From: Phoronis australis
Taxonomy: Eukaryota > Animalia > Phoronida
Reading direction: 5' to 3'
NCBI GenBank assembly: GCA_002633005.1
Contig: NMRA01000686.1
Location: 124,001 to 188,000 of the forward strand
DNA: 64,000 bases
The number at the start of each line of letters is the position of its first letter. The stretch's first letter is position 1. Under the pieces are notes generated by a model. It searched no databases, had not been told where the DNA came from, and saw nothing but the letters and a program-made list of their open reading frames with translations. A program made the position numbers and the translations under genes. Shown here piece by piece: positions 1-12,146 of the stretch.

Positions 1-134
1 GCAGATGACAATCAATTTGACATTACTTAGGGACACTAGATTGTGGAAAATATCAACAGAAATGGTTCCACATCAGTTTAGTCATTGTAAACACCTAGTT
101 CAATCAAACAATCTGTATGTCATTAATTACGTAC

Positions 135-232
135 GTTATCATGGACATCAATTGTGGCCTTGTTGGCCACTAACAGCTCCACTATCTGTGAATGACCACC
201 CTCTACCGCCCAGTGCAGCGGTGTCTGCCCCC
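135..232 (-). CDS. Gene A exon 6, ankyrin repeat (xGQTPLHWAVEGGHSQIVELLVANKATIDVHDN), 1 nt short as assembled; gene continues off the window
   Basis: The ANK motif is clear, but only 5 G lie between the acceptor AG and CAG ACA CCG (98 nt exon). This is a frameshift in a G run, so either a real lesion or a homopolymer error. Confidence 0.7.
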
Positions 233-569
233 CTATGTAATACATAATAGAGATGTTTGAATGGACGATCAACGTTGAATGCAAATTACATGTAACATAC
301 ACGGAGGAAAGTGAACTTGTACGGTGATAATCAAAAGCAGACGGTATTCAATTTGCTTTAACGAATTCAGGACACTTTAGTGGGCTAAAACATCATTTCA
401 CCAGTTCAGGTAAGTCACACCGTATTGTTTATCCAAATCTAGGCAGCTTTGGAAGTTATTGAGGCGAAAGCAGACGACATTTAATTTGGCAATATTTAGG
501 GTCATTGAATTATGAAAAATATCAACAAAATCTGAGCTATGTCCCAATAAAACATGGATGTCTTCAAAC

Positions 570-790
570 TAGGTGTACACCTTACTTGGATGACAACCAA
601 CAAGTTGAGAAGCAAACGCCACCTTTAGGTATCCATTTATATTTAAACAATCAGCTAAATTGGTTGCTCCATCGGGAGGGGAAAACAGTGATGAGTCGTG
701 AAAAAGTTAGTGGCGTTATGAAACCAGAAGCTGTTCAACCTGTTGGATAAATTTCACACCCAAAGGGTGAATAAGATGGTTGTAAAAAGT
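570..790 (+). mobile_element. Degraded CR1/L2-type LINE RT fragment
   Basis: YLDDNQQVEK..LGIHL..NQLNW..H resembles the 'IEQV..K.LG..LD..L.W..H' RT C-terminal motif. Confidence 0.4.
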
Positions 791-1780
791 TAATACATCT
801 GGCGATGAAAATAAAGCCAAGGATGAAACACAGGCATGAGTTTGGTGGTACATGTAGTCATAGACTATAGTACATGGACCGCCAACTCTGTATACTGTGC
901 TTTCAGTGGACGAAATCTGTGCCGTTTTGTACAAGCCCCGTTACGTCATTATTCACTAACGTCACGTGGCCAAATTATCTAGTGTAATTACCGGCACGTA
1001 CGTCGTCTGCTAATCATAGTCAGTCGTTATGGGACGGTTTGGAAATCCAGTTTTACATTTTATGAACTTTACCGTAGTTGGCTACAGAATGACCCTATTT
1101 TATAAAAACTAGCAACGCCGACAAACGTCTACACAAATTGCACCATGTGCAGCTCCTGGTTTAAACAAGGGCCTTTTTAAAGTTTGATCAGGTATAAATA
1201 ACGCCACAGACGTGGAAGTTCACCGAAATACTTCTACCTCACACATGTGAAATTCCCCCGTCTCCGAAAACTTGAGAACCCGACAAAAATAATAATGATG
1301 AAATACCGGTGATGATAATCTTACACTTTGTTAATTTACTTCACCTACACAATTAGGAATATACGCTAAAAATAAACTCATTCGAGTAAGAGCCACGTGA
1401 GTCCCTAGGCCAACCCCAATATGGTAGAACCAAGAAGTGTAGTAGTATAGGGGAGTTCACTTGTGAGTTCTCTGTTACCGCAAATACTAGCGCCACCAAG
1501 TGGTGAACAAGATTTCCTAAGGATCCAGAAAGGTAAGGATTATCTGTTATTCAATAATATGATACATTGCCTTTCATTTTGTGTGTTCTGCGCACGGCTG
1601 TTAGACAAGTCGATCGCAGTCCCGTTGCCACTGTTGTCTGCAGTGTAGGCTAGGCCTACTGTACAGCCGGGCTGCCGTTGAGACCTACATGATTAACCTA
1701 CGATGTGATCTTCAGTTTTTTGGATACTTACAATCAATGAATGCCAAATCAAAATGTCACAAGAACGATTGCCAGACGAT

Positions 1781-2672
1781 TGTTTCTGGGTTTGTTTAAA
1801 AGGTAGCTAGAATGTATGCTTTGAGATTGTGCGTAGATGGAGAGTGAATGATCAAATCCAGTAATTAATTTATTATATGATAACCCCTAATTAGACAAAT
1901 GAAACCTACTGTTAATTAAGTAATCAACTACAAAGAGTAACTACGCTAGCGCCCTCTTAAAGATTACTTTAATCAAACAACCAAAACAATCTAATGTCTT
2001 ATCTGCTATCCAAGATAGGACTCTCCACTTGTTGGACGTCTGTCCTGTTGGTGAATCTTCGAAATACACACACTGTATAGCGACAGTGTATTTGCTGTTC
2101 ACTGTCTCTGGTGATGTAACACTTGCAGGCAATTTCTTCTACCCGCGAATCTTCTTGCTGGTCACAGTCTCTGGCTGATGACGCAACACTCCAGGTAGTA
2201 TCTCACTACCCACAATGCAAGTGACAAGCTCTTAGTTAACTTCCTGTTCGTTAACCCTTGCCCTTGCCAAGATCCTTTCTAGAATCTTCCACGAGATGTC
2301 TATGTCGTACAATTTCGTCTGTGCACTGTAGCAAGTCTTTATACTTCAACTACTATAGCGCATCTAATTAGCTTGTTGATTTCAGCCCACAATATAACAT
2401 TCTACTTATTTAGTGATTGGCTAATAAAAACCACATGATCATATCCACTCATATTATTGGCTGTTACAATTTGTTCTCAGAATATTCTAGAATCTCTAGA
2501 GTACTTTGACCCCAGAACCCAAAGTTGTAAACACAATCTAAAAATAGATTTTGACGTTAAAATACATGTCAACAAGTCTGACCCCATGATTTAAAAGTAC
2601 ATATGCACAAATTTTGGGCAACTTAATATGGATCTATTCTTACTAATTACTTAATCAATATTTATTCTGACA
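1781..2672 (-). mobile_element. Possible solo LTR
   Basis: TG..CA ends and near-matching flanks (acgat/acaat). The minus strand has internal CCAAT boxes, TCTAGA-rich motifs and TATAAA. No coding region. Confidence 0.35.
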
Positions 2673-3072
2673 ACAATCGTAGGGGTAATATGGCTGGTGA
2701 CACGGTCATGGCTCAATCACAGCCACAGGGTCTCAAGTGTGTCAAAAGTCTCGGTGAAAAGGTGAAAAATCGGCATCATTTCAATTTGCCAGTTGTACCA
2801 ATTAAGTTAAGCAGTGCGTCATTAAAAACTTAATTCTATGTGCCAATGATCCGTGGATCGACATTTGAGTCCTATTTTTTGCCGTTGACACCAAGACACT
2901 TTTGTCTCTATCATTCACAATCACAGTAGGGCAGGAATTATGTAGTGTAGTATACATGTAGTTTAGTGTAGGCTACCAGTCTTCTATGAACCTAGTGAGT
3001 ATGAGGTTTGTTCTTGAGTCTCTCATTTATTTGTGTTCATTTGCAAGCGCTGGGAGCTGACCTTATGAATAG

Positions 3073-3205
3073 AGATGCAGCCTACTTGTCCAAGAACTGC
3101 AAGTTATGCTCATCACTTCCAGGAGTCCATGTTGATGAATGAAAAACAAGCTGGTATTGAATGCAGTGCCAGAGCAATATTTGATGTCCCGAATCCACCA
3201 AAAAG
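3073..3205 (+). mobile_element. Frameshifted THAP-domain remnant (DNA transposon relic)
   Basis: AYLSKNCKLC/HHFQESM...AIFDVPNPPK matches the THAP C..HF...AVPTIF signature. Confidence 0.5.
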
Positions 3206-3492
3206 TTCTCGGGAAATTATATTACAGCTCTGGAATAGGCTTTGTGCATTTCTGATTATCGTCTCACAAAGCAAGTACTGGAACATCACGTGCAGAAGGG
3301 ACAATTGGTCAAAATCTGTTTTTTGTATTTTACTACGGTTGATCAGATTGAAACATTTTATGAGTGGTTAGCCCGTGATTTTGAGAGAGCCAAAGTGAAA
3401 CCGATGGATCTTTCAGAGTCTGAATGGTGGGCTGAAACTTTGTTACACCCAAGCTATCTGTATCATTTTGCTTCTCGATCACAAACACCTCT

Positions 3493-4125
3493 GTGCGTAA
3501 ATTTATTTTGAACTTTATTTATAATGCATTTCTTGGGCGAAAAGTGCTGTTGTTTACTAGTGAATTAATAGAGAGTGGCAAGGTTGGTCAGATTTTCTTG
3601 TTGTATTGGTTGCTGTATGTGTTGCCTATTTTGTACGTTTTTGGAGATTGTGATTAATGTTAGCCCCAGTTGTGGCTAGGTAACTGATATGATCTTGTGG
3701 TCTGGCTTCAGCTTATCTGAAATATTTGCTGTTATTGATAATAGGAAGGGATGTCACGACAAAAATGTTATGAGGTACTAATCAGCATTCAATCAAAATA
3801 TCCAATATCCACACAACTTTATACAAAACTGAACTGAAAAGACTTAGGTGATGAGACCTAAATTTAATTCCATATGCCCACTGTTCGTCTTATCAAGTAA
3901 TAGTAAATATTTCAGGTAAGTTTCAGCCTCACCACAAGATCATATCTTTTACCTAACCACAACTAATTAAAATTCTCCAAACACGTACAAGATAAACAAC
4001 ACAAACACCAATGCAACCAGAAAATCTGACTAAACCTTTCCGCTCTCTATTAATTCACTAGTAAACAACAGTTCTTTTCAACAAAGAATTGCGTTAGAAA
4101 CAAAGCTGAAAAATAATTTACTCAC
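3493..4125. repeat. Diverged fold-back element (~250-bp inverted arms)
   Basis: 3493-3745 is the approximate reverse complement of 3890-4125 (e.g. TTGTTTACTAGTGAATTAATAGAGAG / CTCTCTATTAATTCACTAGTAAACAA). Confidence 0.75.
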
Positions 4126-4341
4126 ATTTGGCCACCACGGGCATAAGTTTTTAACTTAGTCAAACTCACCAGCTGTTTCATTTCACAATTTGACCACACG
4201 GTGTGGAAATAGGCCTACTAACGTGTACAAATAACTAGTTGGTTGATATCCATTTGTGATTGTGAGATGTAGCCCTAAATTTTTAAAGTGACTTTGTGTA
4301 AACAACTAATTTAAGCAAAAGATCTGTGTGTCATTAATTAC

Positions 4342-4440
4342 CTCTTCAGCTGAATCCACATTGGCGTTGTTGGCCAGTAGCAACTCTACTATCTGTGTAC
4401 GACCAAACCATACAGCCCAGTGCAGCGGTGTCCGGCCCCT
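4342..4440 (-). CDS. Gene A exon 5, ankyrin repeat (RGRTPLHWAVWFGRTQIVELLLANNANVDSAEE)
   Basis: tacatag| and GAG|gtaatt, 99 nt, phase 0-0. Confidence 0.9.
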
Positions 4441-4749
4441 CTATGTAATAAACATTGGAGGTGTGTGAATGAACAGCCAACGCTTAGAGCACATTAACGT
4501 CCATAGGGGAAAGTGAACTCGTGAGGTGACAATCAAAACTAGACGACCATCAGTTAGTTCTAGAGAATTAGGGATAGCTTAATTAGCTTATATTTCATTT
4601 CACCTGTACAGGTAAGTGGCAATGTACTGTCTCAACGAGTCTAAGCAGCTTTGGAAGTTAAACAATCAAAAGCAGGCGCTTTCCCAGCGTTTTTGTCATT
4701 GTGTTGTAAACAATTACTTGAGCTACATATCCTGTGTGTCACTAATTAC

Positions 4750-4848
4750 CTCATTACCGACATCCACCTTGGCCTTGTAGGCCACTAACAACTCCATTAT
4801 CAGCGTATGACCATGCCTTGCTGCCCAGTGCAGCGGTGTCCGGCCCCA
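4750..4848 (-). CDS. Gene A exon 4, ankyrin repeat (WGRTPLHWAARHGHTLIMELLVAYKAKVDVGNE)
   Basis: gcatag| and GAG|gtaatt, 99 nt, phase 0-0. Confidence 0.9.
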
Positions 4849-5413
4849 CTATGCAATACATAATGTAAATGTGTGAACGTACAATCAACACAGGGCAAAT
4901 TAATATCATTAGGGAAAGTGACCTTGTAAGTGAATATAAATGAAACGCTACTGAGATCTCCCTAAAACACTTGAACACTTGTAATTATTTCAGTGCTTAT
5001 GTGTTGCAGGTAATTTTAAAACGTTGCTGTAACAACTGAACATGGTGTAGACGTCGACTGCCAGAAATTACTGAGCGACTCCATAACTTCACACGACACA
5101 TCCATCTTTTGTTGATACACCAGTTTACCGGGTTCCTGTTTATTACAAAATTTTAATGTTGAATGAAAAATTACCATTAAAAAGAAAAAGTATCAACGTT
5201 AAGTCGACAAATAAATTGATTACACGATTCAAACATCATTGTTTCTTAAGGCACATGTAACAGGTACAGTTTGAAAATTAAATGTAGAAATCCGGAGAAG
5301 TAAACCGTGTATTTACACGCATGATATTTAGTCAGACTTCATATAGTTAAAATCTTTTGAAACAAAAACAACATTCTCTTAATTCTAAAATCGTCTCAAT
5401 TATTTTCTTTTAC

Positions 5414-5509
5414 CTCGTCTCGCACGTTTACATCGGCCCCACCCTGCAGCAACCCCCTCACCACATCAGCCCTGCCCTCCTCTGCTGCGTCGTGTATGGC
5501 TGTCACGCT
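5414..5509 (-). CDS. Gene A exon 3, ankyrin repeat (SVTAIHDAAEEGRADVVRGLLQGGADVNVRDE)
   Basis: ttctacag| and GAG|gtaaaa, 96 nt. Homologous to 41727-41822. Confidence 0.88.
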
Positions 5510-8014
5510 CTGTAGAAACAATGAACAAGTTATAGCACATCTTATTCACTCGTCACGGACACGTTGCAATAACTCAGTTGCACACAAAGTACCAAACATA
5601 CCCTCTGTTTACCATGCTATATATCAATCATGGTTGTGTACGTTAGAGTCGAGAGTAATTATCAGTGTGAAGACATGGCAAATTCTTTAATATGCAACAT
5701 TTTATCAATGACCCCACACATGGCTGTAGGAAAGACGAGTTATAACTGTTATACTGTAGATGAAAACGTGACCTTGATATTCACAATTAATAATCACCTT
5801 TAAGAGGCCAATTACATAAGAGCTAAATCTTCAATTCTAGTTTTGTTTCTAACCAGCTTAAACGGAAGAAATTCAAATTTCCGGAAAAACCCGCTCCTTG
5901 ATGAAAATAGGATGCAATAGACCACAATCATGAAGCCAAATATTTAGTACATGTACTGCATCGACTTCAATTTATAAAAGAGCTGTTTTTATGTGGGTAA
6001 CACCCCCGTTGTCATCGGGTTTGCTTTGATTAGTGGGTCTATCTCAAACCCTACCATTGCTGGACCAATCAATTGATAAAATAGCCAAACTCATGAAGTC
6101 TAGTCACAAGAAACAGGGAAATATCCACTTTCACTTAGGCCAGAAAGTGTTTTTAAAATTGCTTAAGAAAGCAAATGGAATACTGGGGCGAGAAGACGTT
6201 AATACATGGTTGAAATGACATCAGGTTGGGATACTAATGGACTGACGTATGGAATTGTTTAAGAAAAACGCTGTTGGGCAATGTGGAGGACGGTGGTATT
6301 ATGCCGATTAGGAACACCCGCAGCGGGAAACAAGTTAAAGAGGTTAATGGCATCGAACAAATTGCTACTTCTGGCAAAATTAACTGGCACAGACAAAATC
6401 TTTATACACAGTACACGTTGAACACAAGTATAGTTGTCAGATGGGCGTCAGAATTGTACATGTAATGTCCACATTATGGATTTCACTGGGCAGAGATCTT
6501 GATCAGAAAAAAAGGATTCATTTGTATGTGAACACTGTACTTCATCACATTAATATGTTCAAAACGTGATAGACATTTGTGAAGTAAAAATGGCCCTAGT
6601 GAAAATCAAGTAGTCATTGCGTCCATATTAAATCTTTTGAGAGATAAATCTTGGGTTGGCAAATTATATGTGATGTTCAGGGTACATGTACATATAGTGC
6701 GTGTACTTTAAAGAACAAGATTACGTCGCTCTCGCTTACATTTACAAATGCCATTGATATTAATTCTCAAATATCACTGTTCTTTAGTGACCTACAGTTG
6801 GATGATATTCACTCGTAGTGATTAATTATGTAACCAACTTTCATCTAAAATAGGCCTACGTAAGCTAAGGACGGCCGCACGACAGTGACAGAAATGCTCC
6901 TATCCAATTACAGATATTATACGTCGTTACCGTTTCCTGAGAGCTACCATTGCACTAAATTCACACACGTTAGAATAATGCAGTAGTACTGTATTACTTT
7001 ACAATTATAAAAACAATATCTCAATTGTGGCACCTTTGACAGTTTGGCCCATAAGTGCTAACGAAAACTGTCAAAATTCACAAGAAGATTGACACCTGGC
7101 CTTAAATTTAGAGAAAGTTATCCTAGCACGCTTCGCAAAATTTGTTCAGCTGGACCCCTTTGCATAAAGTTATACTGTACGTCGTACAGCAACAATGATG
7201 TCGCATTATCACGCATCACCTTGTTATTGTTGAACAATGCTGCTGACGCCTTGCAACAATCAAACTTATCCAGTGGATAACTTTTGAAGCTTCATGCAAC
7301 TCAGCCTTGGTTTATTTCAGGAGTGGAGTGACAGTGTCCTTAGCTTAATTATTTTATTCTATTGTACTGTTAATGTTCTAGCTTGTACATGTGCTTTTTG
7401 ATTTCCATGACCCCTGAGGTCAGAATAGCGATGAAGTTTGCTTACCAATGAACAGTTTAAAACATTCTATAAGATTCTACCATGTAAATGATCAGTGTAA
7501 TCTGGAACTTTCTGTATCGTAGTATATATTTGTAGAGTGACGGATAGAATGTGTTTGATTTGGTGGAAAGTTCTAGAACTTTGCGTTAGTTTATAAATAC
7601 CCAAACACGGGTTTTGTGACAGTCAGTTGAAAGTCACTTGGAAGTTAGTTACAGGAGAGTTACAGTTCAGTCGCTGAAAGTGTCTCAGAAGTCCATCACA
7701 ATGCAAGGACGTGTTGGAACAATTATCCATCCATAGTTTGTAAAAACAGGTTCTAATTCGAAAAGTTGTTTTTATAAGAATAAAGGGATTGAAGCACTAA
7801 TTTCATAAAATTAGAAATTAAGAGTAATGGTAGATGGTCTAACATAACTTTAATTCACGATATTGATCAACTTGGGTTAAAGCTTCCCTTATCCGTGTTC
7901 ACATACAGGGTGTTTATAAAATGGTAAATTGATCATCTTCAATCCTCCCACGGCAAAATGTTGGATAATAACTTGGCGATTTACTTAAACAGCTTACGCT
8001 TCAAAAATAGCCGA

Positions 8015-8980
8015 TGTAAGCAAGTGCGTCTGGACTTTTTAATGTCCGACCAGTTTTCTCCTTGGATTGGAAATGTCGAAACGTGCCAAGGTTATAGAAC
8101 CGATCATCGTTGTGTTGTCACTACTATACACGCTTCTAAATTTGTTAGAGGCAATGGTCTCTGGTGATTTAGCAAATCCTTATTACATGAAAAGAAATTG
8201 GACGAGCAATTAAGTCTTCTTAGAGAAATGAGTTGCAACAATAATTTTGATTTACTCCTTGAAATTTATTCAGATTTGCAGAAAGGTTACTAGGAAATTA
8301 TCAATGACAAATTGAAGGGAATGATACAGAGATCTTGGTCAAATGTTGAGAAAAGCGTCCAAATATTTTAGTAACTTAGAAAAAAGCAGATACTTGAACA
8401 AGAATATTCACAATGTTATAGACGAGACTGAAGGAAGCTTGACACAACAAGAAGCTCTACTGTGTGCAATCGAAAAATTTTATGCAAATTTAAATGCAGC
8501 CCACGAAAATGATTGCCTCCAATATGAATTATAATACTAGCTGACCCATGAAAATATATTGAAACTAGGCGCGGATTTGAACGAAAAACACGAAGAACCA
8601 ATAAGATGTAGTGAACAGCTGCTGTTCATAAATGCATGGAAAATGATAAAACCCCTTAACTGGTGGTTTTCCTGTAGAGTTTTACAGTTTTTTTTTGAAA
8701 AAATTTTCGGCATTTTTATTTTAATTAAACTTTTTGAAGCAGCGGTCTCCCTACCACTTTGCGTCATGGTGTCATTACTTTGATTCCTAAGGTCAAGAAA
8801 TGACGTCAATACTTTAAAAATTGGAGCCCAATTTCCTTACTAAATTCAAGTTATAAGCAACGTGTATTATCAGCATGTACTGCACAAAGAATAAAAAATA
8901 TCTTAAATATAAAATAGTTCACCCTAATCAAGCTATGTTTATCCCCGGTCGTTTGATCGGGGAGAACACCATTATTATAG
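8015..8980 (+). mobile_element. Degraded L1/Tx1-clade LINE ORF2 fragment (endonuclease end to RT start)
   Basis: KQVRLDF..GYRTDH..RGNGLW, EKASKYFSNLEK, LIPK..KNWSPISLLN, FIPGRLIGEN, with many stops and frameshifts. Confidence 0.8.
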
Positions 8981-9519
8981 CGATTTAAATTTAACCCATG
9001 AGACTTGATCACGCTGCGTTGAAGTTTTCTTTATATATGTACATATTCAATGTCTTTATATACTGGTAAATTGCTCCAATCCTCCCATGGAATAATTTTG
9101 AATAATAACATGACGTTTGATGTAATAAATTTGCGGTTCCAGAAAGAAGTGGTATTTTTTCCAACAAAGCAGCGAGCGGCAGAAGAGATGCTGAGGAGAC
9201 CATGCACAATCTTTGTATTATCAAAGAGTTTAAAACAATAACGCAATCAGGTCCAGTTTGCAGCATTTTTCTCAAATTAGTATTTTTATTAATACTGGGT
9301 AGTTAATTATTTTAGTATACAGCCAAATTGTACACAACGTACGGGAAACTGAATTGAAATACTTTTTCAATTATTGATTAGAAGCAGTAGCCCAAGGATA
9401 TCTTGTTTAATACTGTAGTGTATATCGTCAGACAAAAGGCGTATATTTTCTCAAATAAAACGCCCACATAAGACTGGTTGACGATCGTGGCTTTTGTATG
9501 GGTTACATTTAAAGACATA

Positions 9520-10920
9520 CAGTACGGCCACTGAATTTTTAGACTTCGTCCGGGCTAAGTCACGCCTGGCCAGACCGGAGCGCATCCGGAACACAGGCAT
9601 GGCAGAAATCAGTCACAGTCGCCTCACACCTACTCTCCGGGTAGTCCTCCGGTTTAGTTAACGCCTTCCTCACGCCTCGTTCACGCTTTCTTCGCGCCTC
9701 CGTCACGCTTACCTCAAGCTTTCTTCACGCCTTCGGTAGCTGTGGTAACCATGGTAGGGCACCAGGCTAATCAGTTGAAATACATGTAACGTCTTGATTG
9801 TCTGTCGTTTCGGTCAAGTTGCAAAGACATTATAGCATATTATAGAGTATCTTTGAAAGCGGTCATCTACCACACTTGGATTCCGACTAATTCTGTAATT
9901 CCACGTGCTGTTCATACAAACGTCTTCCTGCTCGTCCTGTGTTACACTTACATGTACATGTTCAATTTACGACTTAAGAGCCAGTCCCACCATCGACAAA
10001 CATGTACAGTAACCACGGTTAGTAAATACGAATAAAAGCGACCCTGTGCCTAGAGTCATCTTTACATGGCTGTGGACTCCGTGAAACTTGTCGTAGTTGA
10101 ATATAGTTAATTCTCCCTAAAAATAGCCTACGCATCTTGTTAAGTATTGTGTTACTCCGTAAATTTTTGCACCGCACTGGCGTACAGAAAATTTCAATAG
10201 GTCGCCCTCGTGACATACCCATCCCTTACTGCAAGCAAATGTTTTGACTTAAAAGTCCTGAATCCGTAGTGCAGTTCAATTATTTGTAGCCCCCTCCCCG
10301 TAGTACATGCGTTTCGACTGAGTACACAGTATCCCCGGGGTACTTCTTCACTAAAATAATAATAGCGGTCATCTGCTTGACTCGTCAAATGCATGGGCGT
10401 GATCAGTTTTCTCCGCATGATACCGGAACTTGGGATCAATGTGCTCAGAATTGACATGTTATGCTCCTTCATATCGTGAAGGCAATTGAATAATTCCACC
10501 GTGTACCTGCGTGATAAGATACTTTATTAGTTTATATATAAAAACAAATAATTACATATAAGTGAAAAGTTAAGTCCACAGGTCTGTTTTCTGAAGTGAC
10601 TTAAGATTTGAGACGGAAATTTTGGTCTTTTACTGCACTAGACGATTTCAAAAAAAAATTTAACCTCACATGACCAAAAGTCTATGAGAATACACACATC
10701 ATTGCTAGTTACTGATATAATTTTAATAAATTACTTTATCATCTGCGATGCAGGTAAGCTCACGCCTAACTCACGGTAAGCTCCGGGTACAGTCACGCTT
10801 AGGCTCACGCCAGCTGTCAAGCTTTATTCACGCCTCACTCTCCGGTCTGTCTTCGGTTACGGTCACGGGTGGCTAGACCGGAGACACCGGAGAGAGTCTA
10901 ATAATTCAGTGGCTGTACTG
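9520..10920. mobile_element. Non-autonomous Tc1/mariner-like DNA transposon
   Basis: TIR CAGTACRGCCACTGAATTWTTAGACT at both ends, TA target duplication, subterminal CTCACGCC repeats. Empty site in the paralogous copy at ~49895. Confidence 0.85.
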
Positions 10921-11945
10921 TAGTTACCAAGAAATACTTCAACAAGTAACAACGTCGAACAAAATGCTAGCCAGTAAACCATACTGTTGAAAAAATTTTT
11001 ACAAAAACACATGATGACCGATTTTACCAAATTTTACCTTTTCGTGTGTCCAGTCTATTGATCCGTCATGCGGTTACATATATGTCAACAATTTCAACGC
11101 AAATCTCACCCTAACTAAATTATACGAAGAACCCTGCTTTTAAAAAGACAAAGCTTTTCACGCACTCAGGCACCGAGCTGATACACTTATCTGTTGGAAA
11201 AGAAAATTTCCTTGATCACGAAGAAACGCAGTTTATGGTGAAACGTGTCTTTATCAAACTGACACAAAGCAATAATAATCATTTATAAACAAATTGCGAA
11301 CAAAACAATATATCCTGTTTTTAATCCACCAGGTGTATATTACTAAGCACAATCCATGTGTTTATTTCTTAGATTACTCCACAAATATAGCGATATACCG
11401 TCTGAATACTGACATTTGTTTGCGAACAGACTAGATCCACTGTCAAATTTCCAAGTATATGTTGCACATGACATATATTCACTAGAAAAAAACTAATGCA
11501 AACTAAAGTGACTGCACCTGATTCATGTATATAACCAATAGTATGAATAGACCCTCCATAAAATATGTCTGAGGCAACAACTCATTTATTCAACATAAAC
11601 TCTACTAGCATGAACCCAATACCATTTGAAAAATAAATTCAGTACCACTTATTCCAGGGGTCCTATAACATCACATTTTTCTTTAAATTGACATGGAGTA
11701 AAATGTACAACACATTTACTTTAAATGTTAGGTTACCAGCTTAAATTTGGTTTTATCAGTGGGAAGAGTATCGTTTCTCACTTGCATGAAATTATTCAAG
11801 AAATACACAAGAAATTTGAAAACAAATGTTGAATGTTAGATAATTAACGTCTAGATGTGGCATACGCTTTTGTCGCAGTTCCACAAGAGCTCCACACGAA
11901 TAAACGTGCCCTTGTGAAGTATTGGACACTGCACACACTCGCCAC

Positions 11946-11948
<3 letters not shown>

Positions 11949-11990
<42 letters not shown>
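11949..11990. repeat. (AT)21 microsatellite
   Basis: Direct reading; absent from the paralogous position (~50890). Confidence 0.95.
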
Positions 11991-11992
<2 letters not shown>

Positions 11993-12146
11993 AATCGTGT
12001 AGTTCAACTAGACGATGTGCTGTCAAAATCCTCAGTGACATGCTGCGTTTAGGTCTGTGTAACCCAAACTAATGTGTTATAGCTCTATTTTTTCTGCTGT
12101 ACAACAATGAGTTTCCTTCAGACATCAGGTCAAAAACATTTATATC

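Noticed and set aside
7089-7290. Similar peptides in ORFs 7089..7280 and 25732..25977 (NNDVALSR.TLLLLNNA)
   Set aside because: Two inverted copies of a short dispersed repeat, with no evidence of coding function.
11792-12072. ORFs with YIYIYI runs
   Set aside because: Artefact of the (AT)n microsatellite.
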